From Lama guanicoe (lineage: Eukaryota): 64,000 nt of DNA. A program made the position numbers and the translations under genes. Below the pieces are notes generated by a model. It was not told the origin of the DNA. It worked only from the letters and a program-made list of their open reading frames with translations, and made no database searches. The stretch spans positions 1-64,000 of the forward strand of contig MU053594.1 in assembly GCA_013239625.1 (NCBI GenBank). Reading direction: 5' to 3'. This document shows positions 12,280 to 25,132 of this stretch, one piece after another; within the stretch, counting starts at the first letter, position 1; the number at the start of each line of letters is the position of its first letter.

Positions 12280-14420
12280 ATTCAACATCCTACTAGAAGT
12301 CTTGCACAGCACAGTAGATAAGAAAAATAAATAAAATGTACAAGGAGAGGAAAAAGATGAAACTATTATTACAAGCAGACGATGATGATATACATAGAAC
12401 ATGAAAAATAATCTACAAATAGATTAGTAGAATTAATACAAGAATTTAGCCAAGTTTCTGGATACAAAATCAATATAAAAATTAAATCCGTTTCTAACCG
12501 GCAGCCGTTATAAAGTGAAACTTAAAACAGACTTCATTCACAATGGCGTTAAAAATGTGAAGTCCCTAGGAATAAATCCAGCAAAATATGTACAAGACAT
12601 TGATGGAGAAAAATATAAAATTTTACTTAAAGACATTAAAGAAGACCTAAATAAATGGAGAAATATACCACTTCATGGATTGGAGTACTCAACATTGTAA
12701 AGATGTCATTTTTCTCCAAATTGATTTATGGGCTCAGTAAAATCCCAATTAAAATCCCAATAGGTTTTTGTTGGAACTTGACAGGCCAGCTCTAAAATTT
12801 ATATGACAGAGCCAAGGGCCAAGAGTAGCTACTTTTGAAGAAGAAAAATAAAGTAGGAGGACTTGCTCTGCCAGATATAATACTTATTATAAAGCGATAG
12901 TAATTAAGACAGGGTGGTATTAGGACAAGAATTGACAAATAGATCAATGAAACAGAGTAGAGAAACCACAAAAAGACCCACACCCTTATGAACATTTGAT
13001 ATATGAGAGAGACGACATGCCAGGTCAACGGCAAAAAAGATAGACTTTTCAATAAATAGCAGTGGCACAGCTGGTTGTCCATAGAGGAGAAAATGGAATT
13101 AGAACTTCTCCTGACAATGCAGTACACAGAAATTAATTCAGGTGGATTTAAAAAACTATATATGAAGAGGGTGGGAAGGGATAGACTGGGATTTCAAAAT
13201 TGTAGAATAGATAAACAAGATTACACTGTATAGCACAGGGAAATATACACAAAACGTTATGATAAATCACAGAGAAGAAAATGTGACAATGAGTGTGTAT
13301 ATGTCCATGAATGACTGAAAATTTGTGCTGAACACTGGAATTTGACACAACACTGTAAAATGAGTATGAATCAATAAAAAATGTTAAAAAAACTATATAT
13401 GAAGAAGATATATATATCTATCTTTAAAGATTTAGAAGGTATTATAGAAGAGTATCTTCCTGACCTTGCGGGGAGAGAAGGGTTTCTTAAACCAGATACA
13501 AAAACCATTCATGGTAAATGGAAGATCTGTAAATTTGAGTATATTACTGTTCAACCAAGGGCGCATTAAAAGAGTAAAGAGACAAGTCACAGTGGGAAGA
13601 GACACTAACCACAACACATAAAAATGAGAAAGGACTAGGATCCAGAATTTATAAAGAACTTCTGTGCATCAAAATGAAAATAAAGAACAATATAGAAGAT
13701 TTGAGCAGATCTTTTATAAGGAAGGAGATCCAGATGACCAATACACCTACAAAAAAGTGTTTAATCTCATCAGCAAAATCCAAATTAAACCACAGTGAGG
13801 TACCATTACACAGTCATCAAAGGACAAAAATAACACATGACCAGCACCGAGGACCCTGATCAACGGATATTCTCTAGGGAGCATATAAACTGGTGCATCA
13901 TTCTGAAAACCAGATTGGCATTCACTACTGGAGCTGAGTTTGGGCACACCCCATACCCAGCAACTGCACTCCCACGGACATACGTAGAGAAAATCTGGTG
14001 CAAACACATGAATGTTCTCAGCAGCATTGTTTGAAATGGACCACAACTAGAAACAATCTTAATGTCCAGCAACATCAAATAAATAAATTGTCGAGTGAAA
14101 GAAGCAAGTCATAAAGAAGACCTACGTTTTTATTCCGTTTATATAAATTTCAAAATAGGCAAGAGTAAACAATGTTATTTAGTGACATCCCAATGAGTGG
14201 TAAACTGTAAAGAACAATGAAATTATCATTTTAGATGCTGGGACAGTGGTTGCCTCTGGAGGGAAAGGATGGGGTTGCACTCAGGCAGGAGGCGATCTTG
14301 TCCGTGTTCTGTTTCTTACCCTGGGGGTGGTCACCTGGTGTTCGTTTTGTATTACTCTTTACACCATGTGTAAATGTTTTAGGAACGTTTCTGTATGTGT
14401 GATCTATCTCACAATTTCAG
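12280..14420 (+). mobile_element. Ancient L1M ORF2/3'UTR remnant, interrupted at 13169-13386
   Basis: Degenerate ORF2 peptides such as KSLGINPAKYVQD...KILLKDIKEDLNKWRNIP. Confidence 0.85.
13169..13386 (+). mobile_element. Young camelid-type L1 3' end with a 19-bp TSD
   Basis: Near-identical reverse complement of 11796-12012; TSD aaaaaactatatatgaaga at 13150-13168 and 13387-13405. Confidence 0.9.
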
Positions 14421-15375
14421 AAAACATCCTGCATGTCTGAATGCAGAGTCACTTTTGAAACAAGCACAAATTTAGAGATCAAGAGGACTTGATCATATAA
14501 GTTTCCCCAAGTTTCCTCTGTGAAGCAGTCCCCAGTGAGTCTTTTTTTTCACTCAGTTTTATCCAATGGGATTAAATAACTCAAGGGCACTAAAGGATAA
14601 ATGACTATCTCAACAAAAATAGGGCAAGGATGGTGGGGAGCATTACAGAAACTGCCACTCAAGTTTCCCTCCAAGCTTCTCTTTCCAATTCTGGAAGAAG
14701 TCCTTCTGTGCTTCAGACATCAAGGCTTACTTGCGATAAGAAGCCCGGGATGCTCCAGAGATGACTCAGACCCCAGTCGGCAGTGATCTCTCCTTTCATA
14801 CTCCATGGCTTCTGCTTATAGACAAGAAAGACATGGACGCCCAGGTATGCGGCAGCATTTAGGAGCCTGCTCCCATCACCTCGGCCTGCTGCAGTGGAGG
14901 GCGGCGGCCCACTTATGCTGCAGAGAAGCACATCTACTGAGCCTCTTCCCAGTTCTTTGCTCAAACCAGACCCGAGGCCAGGTGTGAGCCCTCAGGTCAA
15001 ATTCCAAGGCAGAGCCAAATGAAGCAACTCCTGCAGGCAAAGGAACCCGCAATTTGGGAGCCTTTCATGTGCTTGGTAATTAATAAGGAATAAACAAAAT
15101 TACAAGCAAAATGATAACTCATCAAATTGGATGTGGTCCCACAGGGCCTGCTTGAGATTTTAATGAATACATATGGTGAGTCCAGGGATGACTAATCTGA
15201 GCCTTAACTGCAGGGATGTGGGGAGCTTTTTCTTAAAGTTCATAACCTCTTGGCTTCCCTCTTTGGTTGAGAGTCATGCCTGCAGGTGGGGAAGAAAGGA
15301 GGCTGTTCCCGGGATCATGAGAGTGTCAGTGCGCATGCACAGAGAGCTACGTTTGGATGCGTGTGATTCTGACAG

Positions 15376-15751
15376 TGTTATGGAAACGACAGGCCAGCCA
15401 AGAAACAAGCACCACTCAGAGGGTTGGAGTACTCAGATTTATTACGCCGGCGGGCTCAGAGGGGCTTCTGCTCCGAAGCTCTGAAAGCACCTCCATGTGC
15501 ATGGGGTTTTATAGGGTTAATTACAAGCTTGGGGTATTTGGCCAGTAGGCATGGAACAGCTTTAGCAGCATCATTATCACAAAAGTAGAGGCAGGGAGGC
15601 AGCAAACCAACATTTCAAGGCCAGATATGTCTCTTTGAAAATCCAGCTGGCTAGCAAAAATAACATGAGCAGGGAATCAGCAAACCAACACCTGTTACAC
15701 CTAGATTCACGAGTTAGCTTGTTAGCCAAGCCTGTCTTTTCCTTCTCAACA
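15376..15751 (-). mobile_element. Probable solo ERV LTR
   Basis: TGTT...AACA termini; on the minus strand a TATAAAA (~15506-15512) lies upstream of an AATAAA (~15437-15442), which is LTR order; TSD not clearly seen. Confidence 0.55.
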
Positions 15752-16899
15752 GGGCATCCTTCCGCCCAAGCTTTGTGCTGAAAACCTATGGCCACACGAT
15801 ACTGAACTAGTTATCTAGTTATCTGGTAATCTACATCCCAAGTCTCCAGATTTTAAACTGGCCTCTGAATCCGTTGCTCAAATTGCAGAAATTCTTGAGA
15901 AGGATGCCAAGGAGGGAAAGAAGATGAGAGTGGTGTGCAGCTTGGCTACAGGAAGGAAGGGAGAAAAAAGATATTGGAGGTGGGGCAGGGGAGGGCTACT
16001 CGGAAAAGAACGAGGTTCCCCAGCCTCAGCCAACTCCAGAATCTTGCCACAAGTTGTCCAGCCCCAACCCACTCTCATAGCAAGGTTTGTAAACTGCAGG
16101 GAGATGGCATTCGGGGCCTTTGGCAGAGCCAGGGACCAGCTGCTTTGCTGTGGCAGGGGGCCAGCCTGCTGGAGATCAATCAGCATGTGCCTGGCAGATG
16201 CAATGGTGATCAAAGTTCAGGGCGGCTGGAAATCAGGGTGGAGCTCCCACGACCCCACCTGGCAAAATCTGAGCCTCCAAGTGGCTTCTGTGCTCTTTGG
16301 GTTACTTTGCTTTTTCTCCTTTCCTCCTTGTTGTGATGTTCCTTTGTCATACGCTTACTTAAAGTACTTACTAAGAACTGGTTAGGGCTATCTTCTCTGT
16401 TCCACTGATTTTTTTCTTGTTTCCTACTAATTACTGCAATGTCATAATATACAGATTCAGGACCCCTTTCCTGTCACTAATAATGCCATGCAAATATAAG
16501 CATAGTGTGTTTCACTCTTGTGTCGCTCTGTTTATTATACATGTAAAAAGCAGATCATTTCATGTTCTGTATAAAAGTTATTCAGACTAAGACTGGATCT
16601 TGTAATTCTGTTCCTCTTTTGTTGTTTACTTTTTGAAAAAGCACAAGGTCAGGAGATGAAAAGAGAATGCTTGTGAAACTGGAAAAAGAAAAAGTGAAGG
16701 TGGAACGTGGGCTTTTTGAAAAGCTGAGGGTGGCTGTAATAACCTCATAGAAATCAGCTTCTGTACAGGACACGGTCTCCGAAGTTAAAAAGCTGTGATT
16801 GTCAGTCTTCAGTCTCTTGCCAGAAAGCTTTTGAAAGGAAGAGTCAGCGCGGTGCTGGTGAATTCATCCATTCGATTCTGTTTTCTTTTTCCCCCCTCC

Positions 16900-17460
16900 C
16901 ACTTCCCACTCCCATCCACCCCATAGGCAACCATTATAAGGTGTTTAAGGCATGCTCTTTATGTGCATTTCTACAAAATATGTACTGTTGTTCCATATGC
17001 ATGTATTTTTGATTACATTATTTCCACCATGCTTTGAAGGCCCATTCACATGGCTGTGTGCACATGTGGTCCGTTACTTCTGACCACGGCATTCTCCATG
17101 ACTTGTAACCCACTCATTTATTATCTGCTCCCCCAGTGATGGACACCCAAAGTGCCTTTAAGTCCCCAGCACAACATTCTCTGGATACCTGTGTTGCCTC
17201 TGTACAGACCTGTGTGAGAATTTTTGCGGGGCACATCCCCAGGAGCAGACATGCTGAGTGACCGGATATCTACATATTTAATTCTACTAAGAGCCACCTG
17301 ATCACCCCCAGCAAGGCTGCACCCCCACCCGCAGTGCACGGGAGTTCCTGTACCACCACACACACTCACGCACACCTGCCACCCCTACCACATTTCTTGG
17401 AATGATCTACTTTACCAATTTTTTCCAGTCTAATGAGAATAAATGAAGTTGTATACTTTT
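16900..17460 (-). mobile_element. Old L1ME-like fragment
   Basis: ccataggcaaccatt..., ccccagtgatggacaccca..., tttttccagtctaatgag are antisense L1M 3'-region motifs. Confidence 0.55.
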
Positions 17461-20400
17461 TATTTTTTAATTGTTTTATTTGACAAAAGTGTTACTCACT
17501 TTATTTAAAAAGCCCATTGAAATTTTTTAAAAACATCGAATTTCCTTAATTCTCTTAAGGGAAACACAGATTTCTAAAGTAGATTTGCATACACTGTACA
17601 TTTTACATTTTGCCTTTCTCTGATGAACTTGAGCACATCTGAAATATGCAAAGATGAATGATATAGAAAACCCCAAATCGCAGTGGCTTAACAAAAGAAA
17701 TGGTTGTTTTTTGTTCACATCACAGACCGGTGTGGCAGGGGGTCAGGGAGAGGTATCGCTCCGGATGGTCAGACTTCTACTGTGTAGTTTGCCATCTCCC
17801 AGGGCCTCAGCATCCTCCACTGGGTTCTCTGCATCCAGCCAGCAGGGGAGGGAAGAGAGCCCTCAGAGAATGGCATGGGAGGTTTGCAGTGATGCATTCA
17901 CATTCCTTGGGCAAGAACTCAGCCACAAGGCCCGAGAAATGCGGTCCAGCTGTGTGCCAGACACGTGGCAGTTGGTGAAGAGTTCGCCTCTGCCACAAGG
18001 TGCTTGTGACTTTCAGGGTTTCCTCTTCTATAAATTTCCGGATCACACCCCTGTCTCTTTTTCCTCTGGACGTCTTCCTGCTGTCATTACTGATTTGTAT
18101 ATTCTAAAAGGTACCGATTCCCTGTTGGTTTTATCATTGCAGATACTTCTGCCAATCAGTCTATCCGATCCCTTTGACTCCGGGGTCTTTTGTCAGTCAG
18201 GAGTCTAATTTTCATGTAACCTAGTTAACCAATATGTCGCCTCATGGTTTTTATTTTTGAAATTGTGTTGGTTATCTGTTTGCCGTCTACCCTCTGGATT
18301 CCTCTCGGAAGCACTCTGTCACTGCTTCCCTTGTCAATTGCCCCATCAGTCTTCAATTTGCAGAGGAGTCACCCATTAAGGACAGGGAAGTAGAAGGTGC
18401 CCAGAGGGAAAGGCTCACCCAGAGACTACTTTCCCAGCCTCCAAGTCTCCCTTCTGGCATCCAGCTTCCCCCAGTCCTGCAGGCTCTGGCCTAGAAAAAC
18501 CCAGTTCTGCAAAGCTCCTATGGAAATGCACAAAGCTGTTCAGGAAGCCTGTTCAACTGGCAGGAGAGATGGCCAAGAGCCAGGTCACAGAGCCTGAACC
18601 CATTAAGATGGCGGCAGCGTTAAAGTGGGTTCGGTTGGAACTTTCTCAGACACATTGAACTTCTTTTAACCTCCCTCCCTTGTTTCTTGACATCACTCTT
18701 GCTTACACTTTTCCCTTGCCGAAAAGCCCTCCTTACCTTTTGCTCAATTAAAGCCTCTTATCCTTAAGGCTCAACTTGGGCATTATTTCCAGGAAGCCTC
18801 CTCTGACCTCGCCCCGCCATGTCCCGCCCCCACATCTAGGTTAACACACTTCTGAGCCTTGCACAACCCTCACTGAACTTACCGTGCTCCATTGCAGTGG
18901 CCTTTCGCCTGCCTGATGGTGAACTTTTGGGAAGAACTGACATCTGCTTCCCCTTTGTATTCCGATCACTGGAGTGGGAACTAACACGAGCAGTATGACA
19001 GGCATTGGGTGGATCTGGTGGGCTTACTGGGCCCTGTCCGGTGTGCCTGGCCCTTCTGCCCCAGCCCCATGGACCCTGGGGAGGTGTTCACTACAGCAGA
19101 AGAGCTCCCTGCCAGGGGTCAGCTGGGGCGCCTCTCCCTTGGTCTGGTCGTCCAGGCTACTTAGCGGCCAGTCTCTAGCCGGGCCCCGGAGCAGGCAGAT
19201 CTGGGTTAGCTTACTGGGCTCTGTTGTGGAGGGAGCTGGGGGCTGGCCATATTATATATGGTTAAGTGAAGGTCAGTGAAAATCAGGGTGCTCTGTGCTG
19301 GCAGCGGCCTCCTCTTCCTGATTCCCACAGTCAGAGGTCGGAAGGGACTGGAGGGCAGCTCTCAGACAATCAGCTGGCCTGGACGCGCAAGACTGAGGGA
19401 AGGATCCTCCCGCCCCATTGGCCCTGCAGCCTGGCAAGCTCAAGGCTTGGCTGCCCCCTTGTGTCCGCAGAATGAAGGACAAGGGAAACTTAGTCTAAAG
19501 CAGGGCTGGCACTGGTCCCCAGGGGGCCATCCAGCTGCCCTCCCGCTTCCTCCTCCCGAAAGGCACCCACACACAGGGACTCACATCGCACCTGCGCCAC
19601 CCAGCCCGCTCGCTGCTGGCTTTGCCCTGGAGCTCTGAGGGCCTGGGACCCTCCTCTGGAAGCCAAAAGGGAAGGGCTTGAACCTTTTACAGGGGGCTTC
19701 TCTGTGGGAGGCCCGCGGACAGGATGCCCAGCAGGCAGGCAGGAGGGCAGGTCCTGTCAACCTGTGGGTTCTGCACCCAGAGGCTTCTCCGCTCCAGGGT
19801 GGAGAGAGCTCCGTCAGAAAGAGAGGGGCTTCTGGACTTGGCTCGCCTGCTCTCACACCGCTGGCTGGGGCGGGGGTGCGGGACACCCAGTTAGGGCTGT
19901 GCATCCCAGGCGCCTCCTCCCACCCGCTCTGCCCCAGTTACCCTCCACGGTATCACTCTGTTTGTCTCCTTCTCGGGACTTCTCACAGTCTTGCTTTGCT
20001 CTGCTCTTTCATTGTCTGCCTTTCCTTCCCTCCCAAGGAGAGCGAGGGCAGGGCCTTATTGGACTCGCTCACTGCACCCCCAGAACACACAGCACGCCCG
20101 GCACGTGCTTCCCAATCAAGGCTCCCTAAAGGTGCCCAGTGTCCACCTCAGCCAGGCTGTCATTTCCACCTGAAATGCCTTCAGCATCCCAACCCACCTC
20201 CACCTCACTGCGGCCTGGCAACCTGGTATTTGCTGTTAGTTCAAAGCTCACGTTAGACTTCACCTCTTTGCCACGCCTCCCTTGTCTCCCCCAGATTAAG
20301 TATTTCCTTCTGGGTGTCCTCACCTCCCCTAACGGCTGTCAGAACTGTTTGTGAGCCCAGCAAGGGCCAGGATTGTGTCATATTTGTTCCCAAATCCTCA

Positions 20401-21015
20401 GTGCCTGGCAGACGGCAGATGCTAAATAAATATTTATTGACGAACTCTGATTACCCCTGGAGAGGCTCACAGAGCCCAGTGCCCCGAGCCGCCCTCCTGG
20501 CCTTGCCGCTTCCCTCTGCTCTCGCATAGGGAGCCCACCCTCTAGGCAACGGAAGCTTCACATCGCTGACCTGGCATCTTCCTAAGGCCATGGTTTTTTT
20601 AACAGTATGGTTTCCTCCCGTGGGAATGTCTTTCCAACCATCATCTTCCATTATGACTCATCTTGGCTGCCACTTCCTCCATGAAGCCTTCCTTGGTTCC
20701 CCGAGCAGGAATTAATCCCCCCTCTTCTGTTCGTCCCATCATCCTCCCTCTCCCCAACTAATTCTGCCTCATCCAGAGCCCCAGCCTGGCTCAGTGGGTG
20801 CTTAAGAGAAGCGTGCTGTCTGTTAGCTCAGCGAATTGTAAACCATCTCTGGTCACTAGCTACAACTTGCACACAGTGGTATCTCCCTATCTCCCATGAA
20901 GCCAAACACTCAAATGGCCACTCACAGGAGGCAGACAAGGCGTACATGGTAACTTGAGAATCATGTCAAGGAGCCAATAGCCCTCCAGTGTGAAAACCCA
21001 GATAACTAACACCAA

Positions 21016-21664
21016 TGTTGCTGGTGACTAAGTTCTTGTCTCATCACAGAAAGAATTCAGAGATGAAACACGGAGGTCAAGAAAATAAAGTGAGGATTTA
21101 TTAAGGGATGGACAGCACACTCTCAAGGGGAGCGCGGGCAGGCTCAGGTGAGTGGCCACCCTGAGTTTCTCTGGCAAGTGGGTTACATAGGGTGTAAAAA
21201 TGAATGAGCAGAATATTTATTGGGGTGGGAAGGGTTTGGGGTCATATTCTCCGATCTCCATCCCAGCTCCACCTTCCAGAGAGGAGGAGGGATTTTTGTC
21301 GTTGTTTAGTCTGGATCAGAAGTGTCATGGCATCAGTGCTTGACAGGTATTTCTAAACTGCAAGGCTGATTTTATTGGAATGAAGACATAATGAGCAAAA
21401 AGTTACTTACATTCAGACACTGGAGATTCCTGCCTCTTCTCACTTTTCTTTGTTGGCCTCCAGGGCACTTGTTACCCCAAAATGTGTGATTTCTTATCAG
21501 ACCTGAGGTTCCTACTTTTCTCTGTCTGCCCGAGGACCCCCGTTGTTCACATGATGTATGGTCTCCTGCCATTGGCCCGGGCCCCTCCTTTTATGCCCAA
21601 TTACTGCCACTTGGCCTGGGTCTCCCTTTCTCTGCTCATATCTAGCTATTTACCTGCTCTAACA
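21016..21664 (-). mobile_element. Solo ERV LTR (~650 bp)
   Basis: TGTT...AACA termini; flanks ccaa / ccag (4-bp TSD with one mismatch); minus-strand AATAAA at ~21097-21102 near the LTR 3' end. Confidence 0.7.
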
Positions 21665-22665
21665 CCAGGACCCTAGAAGAACCTTCCCCAGGTGCACGCC
21701 CAGACCTCCTGCAGGGAGGCAGAGACTGAGCATCTCAGTCATGCCAAGAGCACCTGTCCTGGACACCCTCCCCATATGCCTGCCCACCTTGCTCTTGGCT
21801 TTATGCATCCCCAGCCCAGCCCAGCTTTCTGGCCACACACTAGTGTACACTTGGATATCTCTTTGCATGGGGTGTTAGCACTCAGCCTCTAGGTCCATCA
21901 ACTACATGCGTAGCCTGGTAGCTAATCCTGATCCGACCCCAGCCTTTGGGAGTCAACCTCACCTATCACTCATGTGCTGGCACCATGGATAGATCTGACC
22001 CCCCCCTTTGACCACCATCGGCAGCACACACACATGTGCACGTGCCCACATACATACACAAGACTATACAGTGATACACACACGTGGGTTAGAATGTGAT
22101 CACGGGGTTAGATGTTGCAACCGTGTTTAGTGCGTGAGGACAAGCCCTGGGCAAAGGTTGGGCACTTAGCACAGTGTCCAGATTTATGCAAGCACTCAGC
22201 AAATGTTTGTTGAATGACTAAATTGCTGGCTGGCTCACTTCCCACCTCACCAACTATCACTGATTTGACACTCCTCTGCCCACCTGAAGTGCTGGCCTGT
22301 TCTACCATGCCAGGTGCCCGGTGTCCCAGCAGCGCCCTTGAGGGACAGGGCCCCCATTTTGGTACCCAAGTGTCTTCACTTACAGTTTATCAGACACAGT
22401 GTGTTACCTCCCCTCTGGGTCTCAGCACACGGGCTGGAAGTTCCTGCTTTCACCCCCCATTCCTTCACCTGCCTTACTCGTGGTCATCCTTTAGATCTCA
22501 CCCATCTGCTGCTACTTCATTCAGAAAGCCTTTCCCAAGTGCCTGAAACTGGATTAGGTGAGTTGCACTGGACAAAGAAGGAAAACAACTTCTCTAGTTC
22601 TCTTTAGAACTGCTTGTTACAAACATCGATAAGGTCAGCCAGAACTTACATGAAATTGCACAAGT

Positions 22666-22860
22666 GGTTATTTACCAAGTGTCATCATGTTATACCTCTG
22701 GGGTGTCACAATAACCCTGCGGAGGGGTGTGATGATTTCCATTTCAGAGATGGGGAAACTGAGGCTCTGAGATATTAGGTGCCCACCTAAGGTCACGAGA
22801 GCTAGTAAGCCAAAGAGCCACGCATCACAACCCACGTCTCCTGGCACCAAAGCCTGTGTG
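22666..22860 (-). mobile_element. MIR SINE
   Basis: catttcagagatggggaaactgaggctctgaga...gcccacctaaggtcac core. Confidence 0.8.
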
Positions 22861-23032
22861 ATTTTCATTTCATGGGGTGGGGCTGCAGCATTAGCAGGGA
22901 TGAGGATGGGTGTGAGGAATGGGCTCAGAAGCTGTGCAGTCCTGAATTGCCTAAAATAAGAGAGCGGGAGGGGGCCCTGCCCCCTTTACTCCACGCAACC
23001 CCAAAGAGCCCTCAAAACAAAGGAGGCACAGC

Positions 23033-23038
23033 TTTATT
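23033..23038 (-). terminator. Probable native poly(A) signal of the NNMT-like gene
   Basis: AATAAA on the minus strand followed by GCTGTGCCTCCTTTGTTTTG; it is the first non-L1 AATAAA downstream of the stop codon. Confidence 0.55.
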
Positions 23039-23103
23039 TGTGTGTTCCAGTTCTTTTTCCCAACCCTGGGCCATTAGTGAAGTATATTAGAAACCTCTCT
23101 GTT

Positions 23104-23588
23104 ATTTTTTTAAATTTTTTTTATTGAATTATAGTTGATTTACAATATTGTGTTAATTTCTGGTGTACAGCATAGTGATTCAGTTATACATATATATTCC
23201 TTTTCATATTCTTTTTCATTATAGGCTATTAAAAGGTATTGAATAGAGTTCCCTGTGCTATCCAGTAGGACTTTGTTGTTTATCTATTTTATATATAGTA
23301 GCATGTGCAAATCTAGAACTCCCAGTTTATTCCTCCACCCACCCACCCCCTTCCCCCTTGGTAACCATGTTTGTTTTCTATGTCTGTGAGTCTATTTCTG
23401 CTTTGTAAATAAGTTCATTTGTGCCTTGTTTTTAGATTCCACATGTAAGTGATGTCATATGATATTTTTCTTTCTCTTTCTGGCTTACTTCACTTAGTGT
23501 GACAAACTCCAGGACCATCCATGTTGCTGCAAATGGCATTATTTTATTCTTTTTTATGGCTGAGTAGTACTCTATCATGTGTGTATGT

Positions 23589-23620
<32 letters not shown>

Positions 23621-23951
23621 ACGTACATCTTCTATATCCAATCATCTGTCAATGGACATTTGGATTGCTTCCATGTCTTGGCTATTGTAAAAAATCCTGC
23701 TGTGAACATTGAGGTGCATGTATCTTTTCAAATTATAGTTTCCTCTGGATATATGCCCAGGAGGGGGATTGCTGGATCATATGGTAAGCTTATTTTTAGT
23801 TTTTTAAAATTCATCTTCATACTGTTTTCCATAATGGCTACACCAAACTACACTGCCACCAACAGTGTAGGAGGGTTCCCTTTTCTCCACACCCTCTCCA
23901 GCATTTGTCATTTGTGGGCTTTTTAATGATGGCCATTCTGGCTGGTGTGCT
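23104..23951 (-). mobile_element. 5'-truncated L1 inside the 3'UTR of the NNMT-like gene (sense orientation)
   Basis: ORF2 C-terminus (IMPFAATWMVLE) plus 3'UTR and T-tail; TSD aa(a/g)cctctctgtt at 23091-23103 and 23952-23964; internal (GT)n at 23578-23620. Confidence 0.9.
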
Positions 23952-24109
23952 AAGCCTCTCTGTTTAAGATAAGCATCCCCATTTACCTGGCAATCATTTG
24001 CTAGTAAGGGTTCTAAGTGAAGCTAATTAAGTGGGAAGGAAAGCGACTGAGGGACAGAGTGATAGTGGAAGCCCTGCCCTGCACGCTGCCAGCTCCTCAA
24101 GTCACTGCC

Positions 24110-24542
24110 TCAGTCCCCTCTCCGGGCCACCAGGAAGAACATCCCGGTGTAGTCGGACCGATTATCCAAGAGGGTCTCAGCTGCCCGCGGAGCCTTCTCC
24201 AGCTTTTCAATGGTGAAGCCGATCTCCTGCAGGGCCTCCAGCAGGAATTTCTCCTCCAGGGGCAGTGTGGGGAACCACTTGTCCCCCACCATGTAGAAGC
24301 TGGAACCGAAGGTCCCACTCAGCACCAGATGGCCCCTGGGCCGGAGCAGGGTCTTGATGTGGTGCAGGGCATCCCGGCAGGCCCCCAGGGTGGGGCAGGC
24401 AGCCTCGAGGCACAGGGAGGAAATGAGGCAGTCGGCCGGGGGCAGGACCGCAGGTTCCAGGGGCCGTTCTTTCAGGATATCACACTTGAGCACCTGGCGG
24501 ACAGCTTTCCTTAGGCGCTCCTCCTTCTCCGCCCACCTGTCT
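24110..24542 (-). CDS. NNMT-like methyltransferase paralog, exon 3
   Basis: (R)DRWAEKEERLRKAVRQVLKCDI...LPPADCLISSLCLEAACP...LLRPRGHLVL...FYMVG...GMFFLVARRGD*; strong polypyrimidine tract with cccCAG| acceptor; 433 nt including TGA; the spliced CDS is 792 nt (263 aa) with no stops or frameshifts. Confidence 0.95.
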
Positions 24543-25053
24543 CTGGGGTGGAGGGAAGAGGAAAGAGGGGCCAGCTGGGTCATGCTCATCCCGTGGAGAG
24601 CACACATCACCCCTGGCCACTCTCTGCCTGGCACACAGACTTTCAGAATATCAGGAAACCGGTTTTACAGATGAAGAAACTGAGTCCCGGAGAGAGACCT
24701 GGCGAAGCCAGCCGTGGATGCAGTCAAGCCCAGGACCCGTCGACCCTGCGGTCAGCACTCTGTCCAGCTACTGGCTCTCTCCTGGCGGTGCACTGCTGGC
24801 GGGTAGCCTGTTCTCTTTCTGCTGGTCCATGTTTAACACGACGCAGGCAAGTGCTCCCAGAAATGGGAAGTCTGCCTGGAACCAGCTGAGCAAAGCTACA
24901 AACTTTGTTGCCCTCCCCCTCCCCCATTTCTCCATTACCTTTCCTTCCCTGTGTCCCCCGGCCCCTCCACTCAACCTCCTCATCACCTCTCTTGTTCACG
25001 TCTTACCTATACCCGTTCTCAAGATGCCAGCCTCATTCACATATTAAAAAAAA

Positions 25054-25132
25054 TTTTTTTTGTAATTGAGGTATAGTTGATTTACAATGTTATGTTAGTT
25101 TCAGGTGAACGGCAAAAGGATTCAGTTATACA
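25054..25132 (-). mobile_element. Short L1 3' terminus in intron 2 of the NNMT-like gene
   Basis: ttttttgtaattgaggtatagttgatttacaatgttatgttagtttcaggtg. Confidence 0.7.

Noticed and set aside
11831..13348. Two near-identical small ORFs (MSNSSVQH...) suggesting a duplicated gene
   Set aside because: Both are antisense translations of the same L1 3'UTR subfamily.
24017..24514. 165-aa plus-strand ORF overlapping methyltransferase exon 3
   Set aside because: Antisense shadow of a GC-rich coding exon with a non-ATG start and no recognisable domain.
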